A DNA stretch of 64,000 nt, from contig JAQFVV010000001.1 of the NCBI GenBank assembly GCA_028023455.1, forward strand, positions 7,192,001-7,256,000. The letters run 5' to 3'. A program made the position numbers and the translations under genes. A model generated the notes under the pieces. That model made no database searches. It saw only the letters and a program-made list of their open reading frames with translations, and was not told the origin of the DNA. Source of the DNA: Epiperipatus broadwayi (taxonomy: Eukaryota > Animalia > Onychophora). Shown here piece after piece: positions 39,020 to 51,215 of the stretch (position 1 is the stretch's first letter; each line of letters starts with the position of its first letter).

Positions 39020-42000
39020 TTAAGGAAGAACAGCATAAAGATATTTATTCTTTTCCAATTTTGATAATTTTAATAGATATGATCACTTTTATAGTATAAA
39101 TGATCTTATTTAATCATTAATTTATTATAAAAAATGAAATTTTTAGAGCAAAAAAACTTTTAAACCTACATTTAATTGATTTCCAAAATGAAGAATTTTT
39201 TTGTAAGATTAAGAAAATGAAAAGCTTGCACATATACACACACACACACACACATTCTTTTTGAAGAATAAGTAGCAAATTCAAAAAAGGTTGGTGGCAA
39301 AGTTAATTATTTTAAGAAATTTCAAATTAAAAAACAAAAAGTAAAAAAAAAGGTTAATTTTGAATTATAAAAAAACCTCAGAAGATATAATTGCTATTTT
39401 TTTTTTTTTTAACAAAGTAATAAACATTTTAATTGAAACTAAATAAAAACTAACCATATTTAAAAATATTGGTTTGTCAACAATAGATATGAAAAAATAA
39501 GTTGGAAAAATGTTTCTATAGAATTAATTTCAAAACCAAAAAAAGCACATCTGGAAAAATGGCATTTATGTAGGTGCTCTCTATATATTTGATTAATTTT
39601 GATGAAAAATTAATACTAATTCATAGCATTTGTTACTATGGTGCTTTATAATCTACATATAGCTGCTTAGGAATTAGTCATTAATATAATTTTATAAATG
39701 CAATCTTTTATATAGAAATGGTTTCTGTGCCTATTCTTCATTTATTGACAGTTTTGTATCTAGTCTGATAACTAAAGTTTGGCTTTTTAAATTTATTTCT
39801 CCAGATTTATAGTTACTGTAGATCAGTTTGTAAAGACCAATCACATTTACAAAATGAATAAAACATTTTATAAGATTATTGAAATACTTATAAAATACTA
39901 ATAATTTAATTCATTTAACCTACCATTTAAAAATTTTAATAGCAATATATCAGATATAGATTTTAAAACTCACCAATTATTATTTGTTCATTTTGTTTGC
40001 TTTAAAACTATTTGGGAAAAAGTTCTAATAGTTACCAGAATAACATCTCCCGTTCTAAAAAAAAAAAACATGCTTTTATCAATATTGAATAATATTATTG
40101 TCATTTATGATTTATTTCTAAAGTATTGCGATTTGAAAAATGCTTTCAAAATACATACATAGCAAAAAATGAATAGTAAATTACCTTCATAAAATATAAG
40201 TGTATAATTTAACTAAAATTAAATGGATTCAAGTATTATTGAGACATTTTCCTACATTCAAATTAATCGGCAATAATTTTTTTAATCCACCTTCTTGTGA
40301 ATACTATTTCTTGAAAAGAAAAAAAATAGAAATCGTTATGATAGTAAATTAGTTGTTTTTTTAGATATATTTTTTAAAATAAAAAAATAGTAAAATATAT
40401 TTAATTCTCAAGAGGTTGCAGCTGATCTAATTCTTTTAAAAGATATAAACAAACTTTTTTCTTCAATATTATTATTTATATTAAATACACCAGTAAAGAC
40501 TAGCTGCGCATTGCATGTAACTAATATTAAATTATAATGTAAATTTAAGCTGATCAATTTGGTTTTATAACACTTGTTTGGTAAGAATGAATGATATTCA
40601 ATTAAAATGTATCTAAGAGATAGGGCGACTTTCAGAATAAGTATTGGTGTAGTTGTGATAATAATTTATAAATTGCAACTGTTAAAAACAAAATACGTAT
40701 TCCATTATATACATATAATAAAGGCAAATTTACATTATTTTAATTTTTTTACATTTTAGGATATCTTGTAATGAATATATATATATATATCGGAACCATT
40801 TGACTGATGCGGCAATTTTTTTAAATGCGATGTTTATTTCTTTGAATACATCTGATACATGCGATCTTTGTTGCAATTTTTAAGCCTCGATTTCCGCAGG
40901 GTTAAGATGATCTTATTTTATTGAAAACTATTAATTTTATTTTTTGACGGTATGCAAGACGGTATAAATATGAGCAAGATCGTAATGTGAAGCTGAACTG
41001 TGCATATATTTACATAATTTAAAAATAAAATCCACATTTAATTTTCACGAAGGTGCTAAATCAACAGTAATCAATTCTAATAATCTGAACTAATTTTTTT
41101 CTTTGTTTAAAAAAAATATAATTTTTATAATAATAAAGTTGTTCTGATAGAAGACCAATGAATATTCCAACTGATTTTAGAGAGTGGAAAAACCATACTG
41201 CCATATGCATATAAAACTTGATCGAAAATTGATGTTATCTTAAGCTGTGCAGATTGCATTAATCCAAGAAAGAGATATATAGATACTTTTGGAAACCCTT
41301 TCTTTCCTACATTAGTCTCCCAGAAATTATATTACTATCTGACAAACACCCATTTTCCAACTTTTTTTTTTTATTTCTTGTGATATCGTAGTTAGCGAAC
41401 ACATCCACTTGCTATGCTTGCAATCAGAATTTGCATTAGGGTAAAACATGGATTTATTTTCCTCCAAAAAGTAAATTCTTTGGTTTTTTTCTTTTACTTT
41501 AGATTTAGGATAGTTAGATTGGTTTACGGTTATGTTGAAAGTGGCATAGCTAAAATTTTTGACCACGTCCGTAAAATTTTAAAAAAGGCTAAGTTTTTCT
41601 TTACATCTCTATTGCAGACTTTAGTACTAATAGACGTCGAATAATAGTTCTTAAACTCGCATCCTATCCAATATTCGACAACAGATTAGTTTTAAGTTTA
41701 TGGTTTTCATCAGTGATGAGCTGGGGATCTTGGAATATTGCACTTTGCATTTCTAAATGCATTAGATTCTAAAGGTCCAAGCATAGTGTTCCAAATGAAA
41801 GCCATAAGCTGGAAACGAACCTAATGGTATCGTATTCTTATTAAGCATTATCATCTGGTATCTATTAATTACTAAAGTGGCATAGAGATGTGAAGCCGAA
41901 AAATTTATTACGAGTAAAGCCTTTTTATGTTTATATCATATATCTTAATACGGACTCTTAAAGTATCCTTAGTAAAACATATGCCACTGGATTTAATACA

Positions 42001-42386
42001 GAAATGAAACATTAGCTCAGTAATCCTAATTTAAACTATTAAGCTTTGATGACTTATCCGGTTAGTAAAATGTTTTCAGATATAGTATTTGTATTATAAA
42101 AATTACAGATTGTTCTTCTGTAGAGCCTTTCAAATCCGAGATAATAATGTCTTACATTTGTAGTGGCATATATATTAATTCATTCTTTTTAAGTGTCCAA
42201 TTTTTACAAAGAAAAAATAAAAATATTATTCCTATTTTTTTCAAAAAGTATCGCAGCGTCTTACTTTATACACTGTTTAAAAGTCAGTCGATAATGTAAT
42301 TAATTGACCGCATTAATAGGAGGCGCTCTATTTTGATGTACCCTCCTTTTTTTCTCTCGCTTTAATGATTAACTATATTTACTTTA

Positions 42387-42429
42387 ATGGCTGAAAACAC
42401 TAAAAACAAGCCAACTATTATTCGATCAG
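42387..42429 (+). CDS. Candidate first coding exon MAENTKNKPTIIRS (phase 1), product unknown
   Basis: ATG, 14 open codons and a strong donor CAG|GTAAGC at 42430; upstream pyrimidine tract ccctcctttttttctctcgc (about 42341-42360) in a locally CpG-retaining region. Confidence 0.5.
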
Positions 42430-43039
42430 GTAAGCTTGAACAACTTTTTTTAAAATTTGCATAAATTTTTTTTTAAGAAAGTTATCAAGTATATTGAAAT
42501 ATAGCTTACTTGTTACTTTTATCAAATTAATTAATTACTTATCACTGCTATAAAGCATCTCGCACAGAAAGAAAAAGTTAGTTTTTTTTTTTTTTTAATC
42601 TTAGTACAATATATTGCATTACTTCATCAGTTTTATTTTAGCGATTAGATAATTTTTCTTAGAGAAATTTATTTCATATTTGTTAAAACTCTTGGTAGGT
42701 GAAAACATTGTATATGACCCATAATAATAGAAGAGAAATTATTTCCAAGTGGTTATCTAACTTATTTTTATTAACGATTGGAATTTCGGGGGGAAAGGTG
42801 TCATTTTGCCGGTCTTAATTTTGGTATTGAAAGAAACACCGTCATATATCTGAGGTTTTTTTTAAAAGTAATTAAACCTCAATAGAAATAACGGTAAATT
42901 TTTAAATCAATTTATTTTTGTTTATATTGACTCGGATTACAGAAATGCTCTATTTATGCATTATTAAACGTTAGAGATAAAGCTGAAATTATTGCTTCAG
43001 TAATAATATTAAGCAATGTGATGATGATGATTTATAACC

Positions 43040-43767
43040 TAAAAGTGCCAGCACTTCCAATGATAATATGTTGAACTATTTCCATAATCTGTCAGTAAAT
43101 GTTGAATGTATAGAAAATTTTAAACTTTTCAAATGCAAACAACTTGTTAGTAATAACACTCAAATAGACAATACAAGTTAGTAATTTTACCTTATTACGA
43201 GTAATTAAATATTTACTTCATTAGCATGTAATCTAAAACATATATATGTGCTTTGCACACAGATAATGAAGTTTGTAAAAGCAAAATAGTCTCTTTAATC
43301 ACTTTGCATTAACTTGCACATATTTGCATACTACACTTGTATAGTTCTCAACACTTTAGTAACTATGATTATGGAAGTATAAAGCCTTCTGAAAGCGCTC
43401 AGCTCAATAAATTGCAGAGTATTATTTGCTTTTACAAACTTCATTATCGGTGCACAAAGCATATATATATATATTATTATTATTACAAGTAGTATTATTC
43501 TCCACTCTTCAGGTGTTAATGGCCTGACCAGTGACAATATTAGATATATTCGATATTCAAGAATCTAAAGGTGTTAGTTTGACTCGAGTGGAGAATACTA
43601 CTGCTTGAAACACTGAGTAATTACTAGCCTGTGTTGTCTATTTGTGGGTTATTACTCACAAATTGTTTGTACTTGAAAAGTTTAAAATTTTCTATACATT
43701 TGACATTTACTGATAGATGATGAAATAGTACAATTTATTATCACATTTGGGAATATTGATACTTTTA
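43040..43767. repeat. Nested inverted repeats (fold-back relic)
   Basis: Outer arms about 43040-43157 and 43648-43767; inner arms about 43249-43298 and 43411-43460; short ctgaagagtggagaata..ctac motif at about 43490-43513 (minus) and 43587-43610. Confidence 0.75.
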
Positions 43768-44454
43768 ACTTCTGAAATTGTTGCTGTTCAAATTTTTATT
43801 AAGGACTAGTTGTGCATATCACAAGAAAAATATGGATTAAATGCAAGCAAGCTGTTACACATTCATGATTCGTATATATCATATATGGTGTGTAAATACA
43901 AAAAACAAAAAATTAGCAAATGAATTGTTAAACTGATCAGTACTATTTAATATAGCAATTCTAAGTATAATGTATTGTTAGTGAATTTCTAGTTGGATAA
44001 TTGATGATAGAAACTGCCTTCATTAGATAGATTTCAAGTGCAAAATGATAGTATTTATAGTATGAAGCATGATTGGATATTTTGTTAAAAGATAATTATA
44101 GTACTAGATAACATTTTTTGAAGACCTTTACTATATGGTAGACAGAACTATAATCTTTTTTAAGTAATACAGAATGAAATGTGAATTATCTGTAAGAGTA
44201 GAATAATGATATTAAAGTAAACTGATAATGTAATCAAAGATAATGCCATCTTTACTACAGTTTAAATGCTATAACATTTATTTGCTAATAATGTTGTGAT
44301 TCTCAAAAAAAAAAAGAAGTAATATTCATTCACTATAGTTGTCATTTTATTCTTTTTTTTTTTTAACTTTATTATATTTATACACAATTATTATTATTTA
44401 TTGCATTCTTTCAGTGATGCATTTTACTTTTTTAAATCTTCACTGCAGATTTCA

Positions 44455-44545
44455 GTTCTTGTTTTATTACATTAATTTCCCGTTTTTGTAATTATTTTCT
44501 TGTTTTGTGTAATTAACTTCTTGTTTTTGTAATTGATTTTCTGTT
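44455..44545 (-). repeat. Degenerate 21-nt minisatellite
   Basis: aattacaaaaacaagaagtt-like unit about four times on the minus strand. Confidence 0.45.
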
Positions 44546-45019
44546 TAACTTCTATTGTTTTCTATTATTAATAACTGATCTTTGATAATAGTTTTTTGTA
44601 GTCATTTTAAACAAAATTATCAAACAATTATAAAAAAATCTGAGACATCATTCAATTCAATCATATCTATAGATGAAAACTGAATCCTCAGTATTTTTGG
44701 TCATAATATCTTATGACTTAATTATTCCACCTTCCTTAAGATACAGAAAGAACTTAAATTCATACATATAAAGTTAACATTTACAAACATTTTTTTATGA
44801 TAACTGATTAAAAATTTATATATAAATCAAAAAATGTTTTTAAGATTAACTAATCTTTTTTGCAGAAAAAATAAATAGAAGGAAATCTAAGATATGAATA
44901 TTATCTTATCATTTATTTTTTATTAATATTTATTACAGTGATATGCTAAACAAGTTATCATTATAAAAATAAACATACCAATTAGTCCAAATATAGATTT
45001 ATAGAGTGAACTAAAAAAG

Positions 45020-47150
45020 TATTAAGTATTGTGTGTAATGCAACAAGTCTCTGCAATAAGAAAAAAATATGTAACTATTACTAAAAAGAGAGATGACATC
45101 ATGGAATGTGTAGAAGAATTCTATCAAGAATTATATAGTAGTAAAGAATAAATACTTCCTACAACTATTATATCTTCTGAATTGCCCAGGATTTTAAATG
45201 AAGAGATGAGACATGTAATTAATTGATATCTTTAAAAAAGCAGGTGAAGAAATATGAAAATTTTTTGGCAAAGTCATATACCAAATTTCTAAATGATAAA
45301 GATGTATCAGATGATTGGAAAAATACAGTATTAATATTTAAAAAAAGTGATAAAAAAAAAATTTGAAATTGCAGACCCTCAATCTTTTATTAGTTTTATA
45401 AAAAATTTACCAAAATAATTAAAATTTGTTTACAGAGAACTTTGGATTTCATCAACCAAAAGAACAAGCTGGATTTAAAAGTGGTTTTAGTACAATGGAT
45501 CATATCCAAGTATTGAGAGAAGTTATAAAAAAGACCAATGAATATGAGTTGCCATTCTGCTTTGGATTTATAAATTATGAAAAGGCACTTGATTCTATAA
45601 GCATTTCTTCAGTAATTAAAGCATTGGACCATCAAGATATAGACCCAGTATATTGCCATATTCTGAAGAATATTTATAAAAATGCAACAGCAAACAACTA
45701 GATTACATAATAATACTAGGAAGATTAACATTGAAATAGATATATGACAGGTTGACTCCATATCTCCAAAACCTTTTACAGCAGGGTGGCAAGAAGTATT
45801 CAGTGGATTAAAAAAGAAAGCTAAAGGAATAAAAATAAATGGAGACTATTTAAGTCATTTAGATTTTGCATTTGATGTAGTTGTTTTTGCAAATAATGCC
45901 TCAGAGCTTCAGGAAATGTTACAAGAGTTTTCAAATGAAAGTAAGAAAGTAGGACTAAAGATAAACATTAAAAAGATGAATAAGCATTTATTTTTATATA
46001 GCGCTGTGTTTATAATTGTATTACTTTCAAATATCAGCCTTTCAAGCTAATTGTGCACATGCTTTGCAAGTGTTAATAATAAATCAATACTTTCCTTTCC
46101 AATATAAGATATAGTATTTATGCAGGAATAAAATGAATCCACTTATTCCTACAACTCAAATGCTTATATATGAGCAAATCTGAAATACTGGCAAGGAAAG
46201 TGTGAGGAAAGACCACTCATTTTAAATTACTATTTACAATGTCTAAATGAATAACGTCGGTGAAATTGTCTAGAATTTACTAAACGTCACTCTAACTGAA
46301 ACTTAATCATATGTAAATAAGCATTTATTTTTATATAGCACTGTGTTTACAATTGTATTACATTCAAATATCAGCCTTTCAAGCTAATTGTGCACGCGCT
46401 TTGTGAGTGTTAATAATAAATAGTATTCATTTATTATTAACACTCGCAAAGTGCGTGCACAATTAGCTTGAAAGGCTGATATTTGAATGTAATTAAAAAG
46501 ATGAGTAATGTGCAATGAATTTTTTCAAAAGATGAAAATAAAGATTGATAATGATGAGTTAGAAGAAGTTAACAACTACAAATATCTTGATCAGATTATT
46601 AATACAGATGGAAATATAATGAATGAAATTAATCATAGAATTAAACTTGGTTGGAGCATAGAACTAACTTAATATTAAAGGGAAATATACCTATGTATTT
46701 GAAAAGAAAGATTTTTAATAAATGTATTTTACCAGTTCTTACTTATAGATCTGAGACCTTGCCAGTTTTTACTTATGAATCTGAGACTTTGACACTTAAT
46801 GGAGGGATGCATGTTAGGAGTAACATGAAGAGATTGCAAATGAAATACATGGGTAAGAGAGCAAACAGATGTTACTGATGTCATTGAAAGATTTAAAAGA
46901 CTGAAAAGGGAGTTGGGCTGGAAATATTGCTAGAAATGATGGTAATAGAGGGACAGATGAAATCTTAAACTGGATTCCAAGAGATTGCAAAAGACACAGA
47001 AAGAAACTACAAGTGAAATGGATAGATGATATAAGGAAGTATGTGAGGGTGATGTGGAGAAGAGAGGCTAGAGATAAGAGAAGGTGAATTGAACTTGGAA
47101 AGACCTTCATTCTGCAGTGGATTGATAATGGTTGGTAATGATGATGAGAT
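45020..47150 (+). mobile_element. RTE LINE, 5'-truncated, interrupted by a fold-back insertion
   Basis: EQAGFKSGFSTMDHIQVLREV..FGFINYEKALDSI (ORF 45426-45701), VDSISP, LDF.FDVV and GLKINIKK; resumes after 46504 with YKYLDQ..GIKLGW; same 3' tail as the 16679 copy. Confidence 0.92.
45967..46504. mobile_element. Tandem-plus-inverted non-coding insertion with 13-bp TSD
   Basis: TSD attaaaaagatga at 45967-45979 and 46492-46504; about 45980-46085 is repeated at about 46318-46420, followed by an inverted copy at about 46429-46492. Confidence 0.85.
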
Positions 47151-47580
47151 TTTAGTTAAGTCTAATATTAAGATAAAATAATTTTCCAACTCTCTAAAAA
47201 TAATATCTAAATGATCAATGTGCTGCTTATTTTCATATTACAAAACTCTCAAATTGAATTCCATTAATCCACTTTCTACAATTAATATTTTAATTTTGAC
47301 AAAACATCATAATGTTTTCTGCTTATATTTAATACAATAACTATTCATAATAATTTGCTTCTGCTTAATCACTTTTTGTTATAACATCATTGTTTTAAAT
47401 TATGTGTGAATGTGCTTTTCAGTAATATGCATTAAGGCTTGTTTCTTATGATACATTTAAGTGCCTTTTTTAGAGTATCACTTCTATTTACAGTATTTGT
47501 TCATATCTAAAAATTTCTCAAACTTTATAAAATTATATATATATTGTAAATAATATTTTTGTGGTATTATTTTTATTACA

Positions 47581-48125
47581 TCACTCATGCAAGGTAGGGA
47601 ATATTTTCTATCCACTTTTAACACCTTTTGGAGGGATGCAATCATAAATATATGATCAAAGACATATGAAAAAAGATCTATAATTCCCAAAATGCACATT
47701 TCATGCTGAGCCAGCACTAATCGGTTGGCCCAGACTACAATATTTTACATATATCTTTATCATTGTTCAGTATATATATATATATATATATATATATAGG
47801 TAGCAAATTACTACAGTTTAATTGATGTGTCAAATGTGCGACCCTCACAACTTTAACACAAATTACTTATTAAAGGTATATTAATAATTTTTATTAGTCA
47901 TTCATTAGACTAGATATTATTCAGTAATGAGTAATATTTCTGTAGTGTTCTTTTCATTATATCACTCTCACACAAGGTAGGAAATATCTTCTATCCACTT
48001 TTAATACCTTGAGGAGAGATACAATCATAATCATCTGATCAAAGATGTGGGAAAAAGAATAACATTATAGAAATATTACTCATTATTAGGTAATCTCAAG
48101 TTTAATGAGTGACTAATAAAAATTA
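47581..48125. repeat. Direct plus inverted repeat relic
   Basis: 47581-47676 is directly repeated at 47962-48058; about 47885-47955 is inverted with about 48051-48125. Confidence 0.65.
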
Positions 48126-49661
48126 TATATATATATATCGTATGCGTGTGTGTGTATATATATATATCGAATTATTATTATTTTATTTCAATAAAAACTT
48201 CAACAAAAGAGTTATTATCGATTAATGGGAAAAACTTGTTTAATCTCAAGAGAATTGTCAGTTAGTGGTAATTGATAGTTTCCTAATTATATCTCTGTTT
48301 ATATAGATATAATCTCCATATATCTTCTTTATTATATACATGTCTGACATATTTTCTAGTAAATTATGCTATAGTTTTAACTTTTACTTTCCATTATGTT
48401 ATTGTTTTTATAAATATTATTATATAGAATATTTATATAGAATTTATGCAAAATTGGAATTTAATTCAATTTAGATTTGCTACTGATATGTAAAAGGAGA
48501 GAGTACCCTTTTATTAATTTTATTTTGTTTTAGCTATAAATTAACTTTGCTTTTTGTTTTATTTTTTAAAAATAAAAAAGGGAAAGGAAATAATCTTTTA
48601 TTTCTTAGTAAGGAAGTAACATGATTTTTTTCAAAGCTGATTTAACTTGATCCTATCATGGAAGATTAATGTAATTAAGTTGGAATCTAAAATGTATGCT
48701 TAATTTTATAATGTAGGATTCAGAGTGAATAGAATTTGTAGTAAAATTAAACTATTGCCTATAATAATTAATATTTAAAATGATTTTAAAAATATTAATG
48801 TTACATTGAGAGATAAAAATATGCTTAAATCACAGCCTTCATTAACATGAAGGAAAATTTCAATCTCAAAACATGAGTTTCTTAATTCTTAAAAAACATT
48901 AAAATACTGATAAAATAAATATAATTTGTATTTATTAATGAATTATACACAATATATTTGAATTGGAACAATAAATTAAAAAAAAAAGTTTTTGAAAAAC
49001 AAAATCTAAAAAATAATTTCTATATTGAACAATGCATGATTAAAAGTAGAGATATTTTTATTCTCTTATTATACCTGCTTAGGTACAAAAGTAAAAACTA
49101 AAATATAGATTCATTATGATTAAAAAATAAACTATTAAACAGAACAAAATCATATCAAATAAAAAACTAATGCTAAGTAAGACCAATCTGGGAGGGAACC
49201 GTCATAAACAAATCAAATGTAGGCATTACCATTCCAAATCAGGAAAAGATTACCAAATACAAAAAGTATTTTTTCTAAAAAAATACTTTTTTAAAAAGGT
49301 ACAACTTTAATATTTATAAAATTGTTGATTACAAAGCATCCATAAATTTAAACACTATTAGAAATATTATATTTCAAATAACATACCCTTTTCTTGTTTA
49401 AAAAATAAAATATTTTCAGAATTAGGATGCTTTATAAACAATTAATTCTTCAAAGAAAATAAGCTTTTAATCATCAATGAAATAAAGATTTATATTTTTT
49501 AACATAAATTAGGATAATAAAATATTGTTAAATGAATTTATGCATATAGTCATTTTATAATAATTTATTTTTTAAAAATTTTATTTTATATATTACATTA
49601 ATAAAATATGAATAATTAATGAAATATAAATAATGTAGTAAAATAATTTTGATCATTTTGT

Positions 49662-50145
49662 CATCATCATCATCATCAACCATTATCAATCCACTGCAGG
49701 ATGGAGGTCCTCCAAGTTCAATCCATCTTTTTCTATCTTTAGCTTCTCTTCTCCACATCACCCCTGCACACTTTCTTATTTCATCCACCCATCTCACATG
49801 TGGTCTCTTTCTGGGTCTTTTACAATCTCTTGGAATCCAGTTTAAAATTTCAATTGTCCATCTGTTATTATCTCTTCTAACAATATGTCCAGCCCAACTC
49901 CACTTCAGTCTTTTAATTTTTTCAATGAGGTCAGTAACACTTGTTTGTTCTCTTATCCATTCATTGCATTTTTGACCCCTTCTTGTTATTCCCAACATGC
50001 ATCTCTCCATACTTTTTGAGTTGTCTGAAGTCTCTGTATTGCTCTTCTATTAAGTGTCCAAGTCTCAGATCCATAAGTAAGAACAGGCAAAACACATTTA
50101 TTAAAAACCTTCCTTTTCAAACACATAGGCATATTTCCTTTTAGT
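49662..50145 (-). mobile_element. RTE LINE 3' fragment, youngest copy, with (GAT)n tail and 10-bp TSD
   Basis: ORF 49555-50010 MERCMLGIT..RLKWSWAGHIVRRDNNRWT..RPHVRWVDEI is still open; TSD atcattttgt at 49652-49661 and 50146-50155. Confidence 0.92.
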
Positions 50146-50774
50146 ATCATTTTGTATAATAGTATTAATATGAAATTATTATATGCCTTTTTTGAATAAA
50201 AAAAGGCCTAATTTACATTATGATGAATTTCATTTAAGATGTGGTACACAGTCCCAATTCTGCTATTATTAAAAAGTATTCATTTACATGTATCATTTTA
50301 CACATCCATTGTTTGCTTTATTTGATCCTAAAGGTGATGTATGTCCATAGTGCTGACTTGAGGTCATTGACAAAACACAATCCTAATAAAATATTTTTCT
50401 TTGTAGATATTTTTTAATGATATTTTTTATTTAAAAATAATAATATCTTTTTTTTTCTTAATTCAAAATTAAGGCATTTTTTATTTTTATTTTACATTCA
50501 AAAATGATCAACTTTGCCCAATTTTTTCCTCATTGTGCTACATTTTGCTACTTCCTCCAAAAATATTTATATAGCTACAATTTTAAACTACTTTTAAAAA
50601 TTTTCCAAGTAAATATTTGATGATTGCAGAGATCAGTCAAAACATAAAATTTATCCAAAGCAAATAAATGACTTTAAATTTTTTTAAATACACTACTGTT
50701 TATAATAAATTAATGATTAATTATAAGATTATTTAAATTTTTTAAATATAGATAATTATTGTGATATGAAACCT

Positions 50775-51204
50775 TTTTTAGATTAACTTGCAACTGCTTA
50801 TTTTAAATGAATTTGAAAAGCCCTCCAACTTCAGCACATGACAATGCATTTAAAGTTAAAATGGTACTAAAAGTGATACCATTTTAACTTTATTTTTCTT
50901 TATATATCAGGAGGATTGTCTACAATGCTTTTGCTAGAAAGAATAAATTTATTTAATCAATCAGAAATTTATTGATTAATGATTTTCTGATAAACATATA
51001 TAGCTGGCAACTATGAAATTACTTTCAGTTTTAATCTTATCAATGATGATTTAAAATGTAATATTATGTAATAAATAATAATTTACAGTGCTAAATATTT
51101 AGAAGTAATGTTTTTGAGATTAACTCATTGCAACTGTTTATTTTAATATAATTGAATAACTCTCCAGCTTCAGTAAATGATAATGCATTCAAAGTTAAAA
51201 TTTT
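50775..51204. repeat. Diverged direct repeat of about 90 bp
   Basis: 50775-50862 matches 51111-51204 (gattaac..tgcaactg.ttatttta..tcc..cttcag..atga.aatgcatt.aaagttaaaat). Confidence 0.65.
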
Positions 51205-51215
51205 GTATATATTAT

